A stretch of 63,195 nt of DNA, the filler included, from Syncephalis fuscata S228 (taxonomy: Eukaryota > Fungi > Zoopagomycota): NCBI GenBank assembly GCA_025786725.1. It is 2 parts of 2 records of this genome, joined end to end, with 100 filler letters (N's around TTAATTAATTAA, not from the genome) between each part and the next. Parts side by side here need not be neighbours in the genome. Positions count along the whole stretch, not along the records: positions 1 to 31,624 come from JAHLTZ010000084.1; 1 more part is not named here. One strand, written 5' to 3'. A model generated the notes under the pieces. It saw only the letters and a list, made by a program, of their open reading frames with translations. It had not been told where the DNA came from and ran no database searches. A program made the translations under genes and the position numbers. Positions 1-10,809 of this stretch are shown piece after piece. The first letter of the stretch is position 1, and each line of letters opens with the position of its first letter.

Positions 1-574
1 TGCAAACTATGTAACATGTAACTTTAAATATTTATTGTAATTAACATTAATACTACTATGGAAATAAAATAGCAATCTAAACATATAAAAGTGCGCAAAA
101 ATAAAAAGGTTATTGCTATTATTTTTTATTTAAAATAATCAATGATATAGCTTCTTTTACCTAAATAAAAAACGTGCTATAAATTTGTTAAAAGTACGCA
201 GCTACAATTCTTTAACATAATTACAAATACGATAATTATGCTTACACTTTACAAACACATTTAATGGTGTTAATTGTCGTAATATTTAAATAAAATATTA
301 CACATTTATATCGTATACTGTGTATACTTTTACTTCTGGTTAGTGTGCGTTAGTTGCTTTAACTTGTATTATTCTACAGTTTACAACATGTGTAATACAG
401 AGTTTGGTTGTTATATTATTTATCATTGCTACTGTTTCCTAGTACTATTGAATCAAAATCTCGCTTTATTTACTTTAATAAAAATAACCATCAATTACGA
501 ATAAACCAAATTGAAGTTATTTTTGTTTCATGTAAAGATTAAAGCTTGGTTGATTTATGATATTTAAGCGGCTA

Positions 575-1169
575 TTAAAGTCCATGTCCGTCTTGAGATT
601 TGTGCGTATCCTGCTTACGGCTTTCATGATCACGAGATGCTCCATTTTGGCCATGTTCACCATTTGGTTTCTTATACTCCATATGCTTATCAAAGAAGCC
701 GCCTCGATGTTCTTGGTCAAATAATAGCTTTTTAAAGTTTTCATTATTCATATCGCGACGGAAATGGTGTTCTTGGCCTGGTTTATGGCTTTCATGGTCG
801 CGAGATGCTTCATTTGGGCCATGTTCACCATTTAATCCCTTATGCATTTCAGGACTACGATGATCATTTCCTTGATGTTCCTTATGCTGGCCAGGGAAGC
901 CACCTCGATGCTCTTGATCAAATGATGACTTTTTAAAGTCTTCATTATTCATGTCACGGCGGAGGAGCTGACCTTGGGGTAAATCATAGTGATTAAATTC
1001 ACCCTTAATATCATAAAATTGAGAAGAATCTTAATGTCAAAGATTATTAATTAATGTTTATAACAGTATGTATGTTTATATTACCTTTGGGGGTAGGCTG
1101 TGCGTATATTGTGCCAACCAGGGCAGACAATATATAAGTGGTGGCGACAAGAATGGTAAAGTTACGCAT
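575..1169 (-). CDS. Secreted His-rich Kex2-processed repeat protein (179 aa, 2 exons: 1169-1085, 1029-575)
   Basis: Exon 1 encodes signal-like MRNFTILVATTYILSALVGTIYA-QPTPK. A GT..AG intron at 1084-1030 joins in frame to the 952..575 ORF. Two repeats each start RR|DMNNE(D/N)FKKxxFDQEHRGGF. Confidence 0.8.
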
Positions 1170-2325
1170 TTTGTGCTTTCGTTTGTTCTATAAACGTTGA
1201 AGTTTGAAAAAAGTGAGAGCGAAAAGCTTTATGCTGGTCGTGTGAAATCTAGCTAGAAGTGATGATGAATTGGTATTTACAAAGCTAGTGCTTATGAGTG
1301 CTTTTATAGTAGATTAGTTGGCAATCTTTCTTAGTTACTGCGTCTTGGGAAGCTGTAGAATCGATCATAATAGAAGTGAGTTTGAAATTATAAATATCTG
1401 TAGGCATTTTAAATTCTTGGCGATATTAATAATTAATGTTGCAAGCAAACTTGTTAGCTTTTTTCAGTAAATAAAATGCAAGCTATTTTTAAATAGATAG
1501 CATTGTAAAAGTGAAATCCAAAAGTAGCTATACTAATTTATATTGTCGAGTATTAAACGGCAATGGTAGTACAAACTAGATAGCGGCATAATTAACCAAC
1601 TTTGCCTATACAATAAAGCAATGCTAAAATGTTTCCACTAGTGGTAATAAAGTCAAGAAAACAGTGCTTATATGGTATTCTAGTAAATTGAATAGTAATA
1701 ATATTGCTATTAGTTTGATTGTTGCTGTTTTTTTAATGCTACTTGAACTGATAACTAATTATACTGGTTACCCATCTAACCAAAAAAGTAACTGAATTTA
1801 CAGATTCGGAGTTTATTTTTATACATTTATGGCAAAAAATATATTTTTAAATAATTGCCAAGAATTGACATAACCGATAGATATTGTGATACCGTTGTGG
1901 TTACTTGAGACGTGTAAGAATAATAGTAAAGAAAATAGATTTAGAATTAAGCAATGCTTTTATAAACTATCAAAGCAAGAAATAAGATAAAAGTTTAATT
2001 GCATCCAGATGAGAACCAGTCAGCTACCAATTTCTTTACCGTAATACTGATGATTACATGCTCACTCTTTTGGATTTACCCCAGTAAATAGCATTCAAAT
2101 TGTTTGTATTAAGTTTTTAACTAATACGTTTTATTTCTGCTAATTCTATTAAATTAAAATTACGTTTTATCTGCTTTAATAACCAAAAACGTAATAAATT
2201 TACAGCCTGTAAAAAAAGCTATTTTATTAAACAGCTTGTTTAATGTAATTTGTCTAAAATTGTTTTTGCTTTAATTGCTTAATATCCAGTAGCTCTTTTA
2301 CATAAGAAATTGTGGAGATAGACAA

Positions 2326-4042
2326 CTAAATAAAAATGGCGAAAAAAACAGCAAACAAAACATATAGATTGTAGTTTTTTGCTTTCCACCATGGCATACG
2401 CCAGTTTGCGCTTTTGTGAGCTATTATGGCGCCTGGGACTGCGGCTAGTTTAATAAGATCCGCTCCCCGAGCCTGATCGCGCTCAATGATACGTACTATT
2501 TTCTTGAGTCTTGCCACATTAAAAAGAAACTGTTTTTTTTGTTTGAATTATCTGATAATAAACGATAAAGCATTTTATCAAGTGTTTCCTCGTTTACTTG
2601 CAATTTTGGTAGCCATAAGCCTACTCCCTGTTCCGCCAGTTCAATAGCGTCGCCTAGTTGATCGATAAGATCAGATATTTCAATAATTGGTACACCTGTG
2701 TGTAATGTCTCATGAACAGATGACATACCACAGCGTGTAATAAATAATTTGGTTGATGGATGTTGCAATACAGCTTGTTGTGATGCACAATTCAATAAAT
2801 GAATTACTGGATGTTTATCCAAGCGCATGTCTCCAATACTGTGCGCAATGTCATCAACAGTTATAGTTTTAGGCACTGTATTGTGCTCATCATCATCATA
2901 CATGCTCGACTGCATTAATCCCCACACCACATCATCAAGCAATCCTTTTTATGAACAACTAATAAAGCATGTATAATCTGTGTTATGCATTGAGGGGATA
3001 TAATAGTAATGGTGCCAAAACCAACATAAACTACTCATTTACGCATATCCAAGAATTCACGTAATTTGTTCGATAATGGCGCAAAAATTGGCGGCATAAA
3101 AAGCCCAATTATAAATGTGTTGGCTGGCAATGGCTGCGGTGTCTGGCAAACAGTCAGTATAATTTTTCACGATTACTGGCAGCTTACTTCAAAACCAAAA
3201 AGCTATTTACCAGTACTATACCATGTCGCCAACAGTCAGCGTAATTTGTGTACGGAGTAACACCAAGCTCAGACATAGTATACCGTTTTTTATAATGGTA
3301 TCCCAAGAGCTCAGCAAAAACCGCGCTGGCAACAGAACGGTATCGGATAGACGTTCCATAAATGTGGCATGCTCGTAGGTTGATGAGATTGTGCTGAAAA
3401 CATTTGTTATATAAGGCTGCGTTATAAAATCTACACAAGTCAGACCAATAATACAATCGTTTATCCGGAACATAGTTACCTAGCCCACCAAGCATAGGTG
3501 TAGTGACCACAAAAGGGCGTTTTGCGTAACGGGCAGCGTCGTAGCGGCCGTAGTTGAAAAAATCACACACCACAACATCTACTACATTGTCTTTAATCCA
3601 TTGACTGAAAAACTTGAATTTGCTTGCATATTAGTGTAGGCTTAATCGCCGTACTACCACAGTAAATTCTACCGGATCTGCATCGGTATCAGAAAACAAA
3701 TATCTACGGCATGATCCCATTATGACAGTCTTATTCAATGAATTTTCACCAAGGCTTATCGGGTGCAAGGATGGATAGTCCTTCACCAGGATGCCAGTGT
3801 ATCGTTGTAGCTGGCAAATGTCACATTATGCCCACGAGCCGACAGTATGTTGCTTAGCAATAGCTGTGGTGCCGTGTGCGAGCACGCACTAACTGCAGTG
3901 TTCATTAAAATATTCAATGGATGATCAAGGTCCGCATGCTGGCTAAAAGCCGATTCAACACTACTGGCTTTAACTGAAGCCTGCGATTTAGTATAGCATA
4001 CAGCAACAAGCTAATACTAAAAAACAGTTTTTTCAGCTGCAT
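2326..4042 (-). pseudogene. UDP-glycosyltransferase (GT1) remnant, multiply frameshifted
   Basis: Fragments in different frames: signal-like N-terminus, SARGHNVTFAS, VVCDFF, degenerate PSPG box LFITRCGMSSVHETLHTGVP..DQ, and a C-terminal TM segment. The breaks lack clear intron signals. Confidence 0.75.
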
Positions 4043-4977
4043 ATTAAAGTAGCAATAAAAAATTACTAAGTAACAATTTTCTAGCCTATTTTTTATTTTA
4101 TTATGAAGTTGAAACGTGTGTAATGGCAGTAGAGTAGATAGATGTAAAACACGTTTCAATACTCTATATTACTTGGAATAACTCAAATGCAATAAAAAAA
4201 CGCTCATACTGTCAATATTTTTACTCTTCCAGCAATCGTTAGCAATAAATCAATCGAGCCAGTGCTGAGGTCTTACTGTGCGTTGTGTTAATGCATAACT
4301 CTGTAGACTGAGCGTCAAACATTTTTAGGCAGCAGCATTCTATTCACGCAGTATACTCATCCATCCTATCTGTCTGTACCACTTCATTCTAACCTGTATA
4401 CTCAGTGCAACACATGCTGGAAACGCACAGCCAAATGGCGCTGTTACCTTTATAGAACCAATCGAATTTAATTTGGAAGCATGTGGTGGACTGTGTAACA
4501 ATATTTTATTTTATTGATTGGTCTTGGACCACACATGTACCGTCTAATTGCCACATACACGTCATCTGAATGAGTAGGCGTAGGCTCATTAAAGAATACT
4601 AAAAAACTGAAATCATGCCTAGTTGTCCAAAATGTATTCCATAGAATCATAGAGATGCATCTTGATTGGTGTGAACTGTATCTGCAATGTGCTTTCTGCA
4701 GATTTTCTCTCTGGTGTAAAAGCATTCCATCCTTCACATGAATATACTTTTATTGGTAGAAATTGCATGCGCAGTCTATTCTGTGCAATAAAAAACATTC
4801 GCCTCTTCACTGTCGCCGTAAACTTAAATAGCTCACATCGATTTGCGATTGCTACTACACTTTGTCAACTCCTACACACACTCTCTCTTTTCTACTACAT
4901 ATTATTTACCACTACCATTATTTACTACATACTCTCTCTTTTGGTCTACTTGTCTATTCTAACAAATCAACATTACC

Positions 4978-6167
4978 ATGAATTTTTCCATTGCTACTGT
5001 CTGCACTTTCGTCGTGTTTTTTGTGTCCGGTGTAATCTTGGTGGATGCCATGCCATCCCGAGGTCGTGGTAATATGCTGTACTTATAAGCAACTATTGCA
5101 ATATTAACCGTTTAATATTTGTTTATATAAACCGTCTGGAACTGCAGGACTAGTCAGAAGTAAGGAATTTATATGGACAATTGTATATTTACTAATTTTA
5201 ATCCACTGTCGATATCGATTTAATAAATGTGTACTTGTAGGAGGTATACTATTTTTATAAATAAAATATACAAAGACTGACCACGCAGTATTTTCTGATG
5301 TAAATTACTAAACCAATATCAATAGATGAGCCACAAGGTATAGCACGACTATAAATTTTTGATTATATGGCATTACTAACAATGACTTAAAAACTTTATT
5401 ATTTATAGACAGTAAGTGACTTTAAAGCACAAATTAGTTAATATTTATGCATGTTATTATTAATAATTATTTCTAGATCGTAAGTGGCTTACATTATAAT
5501 TTCATCAATACCTATATATGTGTATTGTTTATAGTTTGTAAGTTATACTATGAAGCAGTGCTAGTAATACTTATATAAATGATATTGATTACTTATCATC
5601 CACAGTTCTTAAGTCGCATATGAAACTACTGCCAATATCACTGACATAAACTATTGCTTGCTAACTATTTATAGAACGTAAGTTGCCGGACAGGCCAACA
5701 CAAATGATATTTACACGTGGTATTGACAACTATTATTTGTAGACAGTAAGTTAAATTAAAATTGCTATAAGTAATATTTACATATGCTATTGCTAAACTA
5801 TTATCAATAGTTTGTAAGCTGCAATAAAAATTACTACCAGTGTTACTTATATATGTTAACAATCGAATTTTATTTATAGTTAGTAAGTTACATTAAATTT
5901 TAACACTACCGATGTTTACAAGTTTTATTGATAAACTATTATTTGTAGATCGTAAGTTGCATTACATTTTAATACCTTATAATTTATATATCCTACTACC
6001 TAATTCTTGTTTACAGAGAGTAAGTTACATAATAAGCTAGTTTTATTGATACTTAAACATGTTGCTGGTATTCTACTATTTATAGGAGGTAAGCTGAATT
6101 CTATCTGTTTACTTAATCTATTTTATATAAATCTGATCAATAATGTATGTTCATATGATTAGATTAA
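4978..6167 (+). CDS. Micro-exon gene for a 51-aa secreted prepropeptide. Exons: 4978-5068, 5148-5159, 5241-5243, 5326-5337, 5409-5411, 5477-5479, 5535-5537, 5606-5608, 5675-5677, 5743-5745, 5811-5813, 5880-5882, 5949-5951, 6017-6019, 6086-6088, 6163-6167
   Basis: Repeated YAG-NNN-GTAAG(T/C) motifs occur about every 68 nt. The concatenated exons give a stop-free frame: signal peptide, LVRR Kex2 site, DEPQDNLFQHIFNQRD, TAA. One donor (5609) reads TTAAGT. The exon 2 acceptor and last-exon acceptor are best guesses. Confidence 0.8.
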
Positions 6168-8204
6168 ATGATCAATCAAGGATGCTGGATCAAAAACTAT
6201 GGCTGTCATTTAAGCATATTTTAGGTATACGCCTGATTAATAACAAGGTTATTTAACAGCACGCTATGTAGTCCCTTGTACACCAAGATCTGGCTTATAT
6301 CCTGGTCGGTCCACTTTCTAATCGATGGTGCCGTTATATTACTAATAAGATAATATATATTATTTATACTAATAAATATTCTTATGCTAATAAACATATC
6401 ATGATATCTTACAGCTGTGGCATTAATACTTTATTCTTGTTTTTACCTTTACTTGATAGCAATTAATAGCAAACAAACGGAAAATGCAAACAACAACAAA
6501 CGCACTCTTATGCGATAAATTATAGAACGGTATAATGGTAAATAGACCAGTACAATCAATCCAATTTAACAAAAAATAATAATTGAATTAGACCAGAGTA
6601 TGATAAATTTTGTTTAAATAAAAAATAAGAGTAATAGTTTATGCCACCCCATCTAGTCTATTATATATCAGTTCATACTATTGTATATAACAGGTGCAAT
6701 TAAATCTAATGCTAATCCCATTTATATATTGCATTATTATTGTTTATTAAATAATAGTGTGCTAATGCTTTATTACAGCACTGTTTATCCGTGCCATGAT
6801 GGACACACGGTGCCACGTCACAATATTACCAACTTGATAGCTTAACTGTCTGGATACATCATCTAATTTATTCAAGGCTCAGCTACAAACATACATTTCA
6901 GTAGAAAATATGTCACATGAGCCGTTTAATATTATGTGCTTCACAATAGCATGGCTGTGGCTCAGATATGCTAAAGTTGCTTTCCAGCATTTGCTACAGT
7001 TAAATAAACACAATATTGTATGGCTTTTAACTTTACAGTAGCTAGACTGCTAGGATAAACAGCCTAATTGAATATACAAGACAAAATAAAAATGCAGGCC
7101 ATAGTCCATACGCTAGAGCGTATCAATTGCAAAGCACTACTTGTAAACATCCATTAGCACAAACATTGCTTATGCTGTAAAGCAGTATTGTATAAGTTTC
7201 CAAACGGTAACAGTATATAGAAACACCTGAGTAGATGCGATAGTATAATAGACTATGTCAATCATTTAGGCCAACCATATTACCGCTATGCTGTTAATGC
7301 CTCTGCCAAGTATTCACTAAATTGACTCATAGACAACAAATACATCGAATCGAGATACTTGTTCAGATCAGTGACCGAGAAACAGGTTTTTGAACAAGCA
7401 GACTTATTTGGTTGCAAAAATAGTTGGAATGAAAGTTCGTAAAACACACATGAACTTGGCTATTGACCAAGCTGACATACACAAAGCATTAATTAACAAA
7501 GCTTACTCATTATAAAATGCACATATGTGCTTAATTGGCTAGTATAAAGCCACATTTTAATACCATATTATCGTGATGTAACGTATTTATTAAATAGCTA
7601 GTTTGAAGAATTCAAAGTGTTGTTAGCTTCTGTAAGACAAAACAAATCGACGATTGGCCTATCCTTCAATTAATATGGCATTAATTAGTGTCTTAAAAAA
7701 ATGAATCACTATTTGTTTCAATAACGTGAATAAAGCCGCTATCGCCTTAATTAAAAAAGACATCATAAAAAATTGGCCTTTTGTTCAGTCATCTCCCTAG
7801 CATAATTGCGTAGCCTTTTATTGCTTTAATTAATGGGTGGGTCTATTTTAAGCTTTACCAGGCGGTTGTTCAAGATGTTTTCCTTTTTAAGATGTTATAA
7901 TCAAGCTATTCTACTTATTGAATCCCATGAAAAAATGCATAAAGTACGACAAATAAATAGGCCTATATTAATTTACTACTTTGCATAATTTAACTAATGG
8001 CATAAATCATAAGTTCATTAAATTGTATATTTAAGGCAATCACATATTTTATTTGACCAAATTATTAAAAGTTATAGCTATACGCACGACTCTCCATTCA
8101 AAAACTTACGGCCTGAATCTCATATTACTCGATCTTAGCTTATCAGCACATCATTTGTTGAACTTTTCTTACAAATCAACATTACGTTTTAATCATCATT
8201 CAAA

Positions 8205-9368
8205 ATGTTTAGCAAGCGTACGACACTGGCCGCAATATTGCTTATCGCTGCAACAAGCAATGTTTTATTCGTCTCGGGTGCGCCATCTATAGATCACAAT
8301 GCATCAACTGATCAGCCTACTAGTACTGATGCACCTTTCTTAGGATCGAACTCCGATGCCAGCAATATCTTTAATGGCCAGCACAAAGACTGTTATGGCA
8401 ATTTTTTGAAAAAACGTTCTTATAATACTGGCTATGGTAACAATATACCTGTTCCAACCTATTCAAATCAATCACCTCCAGTATATGTACCAGAACCAAC
8501 CAAGTCATATACGTCTATGCCAACTAAAAGCACTCCAGCGACGGTATCAGAGTCGATTACAACGTATATACCTACGTTTACTCCAATATCCCATGCACCT
8601 GAGCCATCTAAGTCAAATACACCTGTACCTTCTTCACATAAGCCATATACGCCTGTGCCTGCGCCAAAGCCTCATGTACCTGCTCCACACAAGCCATATA
8701 CGCCTGTGCCTGCGCCAAAGCCTCATGTACCTGCTCCACATAAGCCATATACGCCTGTGCCTGCGCCAAAGCCTCATGTACCTGCTCCACATAAGCCATA
8801 TACGCCAGTACCTGCGCCAAAGCCTCATGTACCTGCTCCACATAAGCCATATACGCCTGTGCCTGCGCCAAAGCCTCATGTACCTGCTCCACATAAGCCA
8901 TATACGCCAGTACCTGCGCCAAAGCCTCATGTACCTGCTCCACATAAGCCATATACGCCTGTGCCTGCGCCAAAGCCTCATGTACCTGCTCCACATAAGC
9001 CATATACACCTTATTACCCAGTCAACCGATACGGTAATGGATACTCGCAGTATGGCTCATATGGTTCTGGTTCCTCAAGCGGCTCATATAATGGATACTC
9101 ACAATCGTATGACTCTCAATATGGCTCATATGGTTCTGGCTCATATGATTCTAGCTATTCAGCCTATCCATATAGTGGATATTCGCAATCTTCCGCATCT
9201 CGATATGGATCATATGGCTCTGGCTCATATGGTTCTGATTCTGGCTCATATGGTTTTGATTCTGGTTCATATGGCTCTAGCCATTCAGCCTATCCATATA
9301 GTGGATATTCGCAATCTTCCGCATCTCAATATGGATCATATGGCTCTGGCTCATACAGCGGATACTAG
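8205..9368 (+). CDS. Secreted Pro-rich (extensin-like) repeat protein with Gly/Ser/Tyr-rich tail
   Basis: 387-aa ORF with signal peptide, LKKR site, 17-aa repeats HKPYTPVPAPKPHVPAP and GSY repeats. Confidence 0.85.
   Translation: MFSKRTTLAAILLIAATSNVLFVSGAPSIDHNASTDQPTSTDAPFLGSNSDASNIFNGQHKDCYGNFLKKRSYNTGYGNNIPVPTYSNQSPPVYVPEPTKSYTSMPTKSTPATVSESITTYIPTFTPISHAPEPSKSNTPVPSSHKPYTPVPAPKPHVPAPHKPYTPVPAPKPHVPAPHKPYTPVPAPKPHVPAPHKPYTPVPAPKPHVPAPHKPYTPVPAPKPHVPAPHKPYTPVPAPKPHVPAPHKPYTPVPAPKPHVPAPHKPYTPYYPVNRYGNGYSQYGSYGSGSSSGSYNGYSQSYDSQYGSYGSGSYDSSYSAYPYSGYSQSSASRYGSYGSGSYGSDSGSYGFDSGSYGSSHSAYPYSGYSQSSASQYGSYGSGSYSGY
8637..9010 (+). repeat. 51-bp coding tandem repeat, 7 full copies plus a partial
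   Basis: CA(T/C)AAGCCATATAC recurs at 8637, 8688, 8739 ... 8994. Confidence 0.95.
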
Positions 9369-9954
9369 CAACATCGCAGCTACCATTATTAAGAGTTTAC
9401 TTTAATCATGCTTTTACATGCTATTAATTAATAAACTATAGCAGCTTAAACAATACTAGTTATTTATTATCTATATTAAAACAACGTTTGCTTAATTGAA
9501 TTCTTTGCCAATCCAAGAGTAATCGAAATAAAGTATATAATTATAGACATATCAACAGAATACTTTATTAACTAACTATATTAAATTATGTTTGCGTAAT
9601 TCAATATATTCAGTGTTTTCCATCAATTATTAACGCATAGATCACTGTTAATATAAGATTCGTACTCTAGCAGCTAAATTATAAATCGTTAATAATCGGC
9701 ATACAAGTCTATCTTTATTAAATAATAAGTAAAAAAAACAATATTTTTCATCTTTATCAAGCTGTGTGCAATTAATTATCACTTTCTAGCGCACAGCTTT
9801 CGTTCAAAACGATATGTATATAAATAACACATTAACGAAAGTGTGGATATGCTTGCATTGGTTTGTTTAATAGATTTATTACATAATAATTGTCGAAACT
9901 AAAATGTGACATTGGTTTAAGTGGATATCAATAAAATTTAAAACAATAATCATA

Positions 9955-10170
9955 CTTTTACTGCATGGGCTAGGTGCTTCTTGAAAAGGTAGGCGACATG
10001 GGCTAGTATAATTGTGTTAAAATGGGATACGAGTAACCAAAGCCAGCTACGTAGTTTTAGTGGTCATGAGCTTGAAACACAATTCTGACTGCTCGTATCC
10101 CATTTTAACACAATTATACTAGCCCATGTCGCCTACCTTTTCAAGAAGCACCTAGCCCATGCAGTAAAAG
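9955..10170. mobile_element. MITE-like hairpin: perfect 79-bp inverted arms with a 58-bp spacer
   Basis: 9955-10033 is the exact reverse complement of 10092-10170. TA dinucleotides flank CTGCATGG...CCATGCAG. Confidence 0.75.
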
Positions 10171-10809
10171 CGCTATTGATGCTATATAATAAATATAATG
10201 GGCATGTCGCGTTAAATACCATTTTATCAAGTCACAATTAACCATCCAACACTAAACAAATGATTAAATTTTCTTCAAGCAATAAAAACTTGCTCATCGA
10301 AAAAACGGTCAGATTTTACGCTTTAAATAAGGCTGCCGTTTATGATCGGCTCTTTCTCGTTTTCCTTTGAGCTTTTCCCTCTTCTATTCCTTGCTTAGCC
10401 TATCACTGTTACCGCTGCTGCTTGTTGTCGCGTTGAATACCAGCCACTGCCTAAGTAGTTTTGAGTCTATTGTTATAGCAAGCTATCAACCTGCTAGCCT
10501 GCTTGGTCTCTATATTAATTCCAGTGGTCAAACGGCGTAAAACACGCTTTGATAGCTGACGCACGCGTTCTATTTATCCTTGGGCGCGCTTGGGATTTAC
10601 CGTTATATTCTCTTACTTACGAATCAAAAGTAAAACATAGTAGCCTATGCATTAGCATATTTATGCCCAAGACTAGTAAATAGTGCTTACTGTGTTTACC
10701 AACAAGCTACAGGCTGTTTTGCTTTTATTGCGCAAAAAGTGCGACTTAGTTATTTATTATCTTTTGGCACTAACCGAAAACAACGTGTCATTATTCGTTG
10801 GCACAATAT

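Noticed and set aside
4662-5862. Track ORFs 4662-5072 and 5665-5862
   Set aside because: Non-ATG starts, no protein-like features; they overlap the promoter/UTR and introns of the micro-exon gene.
5400-6095. CRISPR-like repeat/spacer array
   Set aside because: The constant parts are spliceosomal acceptor/donor motifs around a variable triplet; eukaryotic context, no cas genes.
8434-9405. Alternative-frame and antisense ORFs over the Pro-rich repeat
   Set aside because: Stop-free shadows of a 51-bp repeat.
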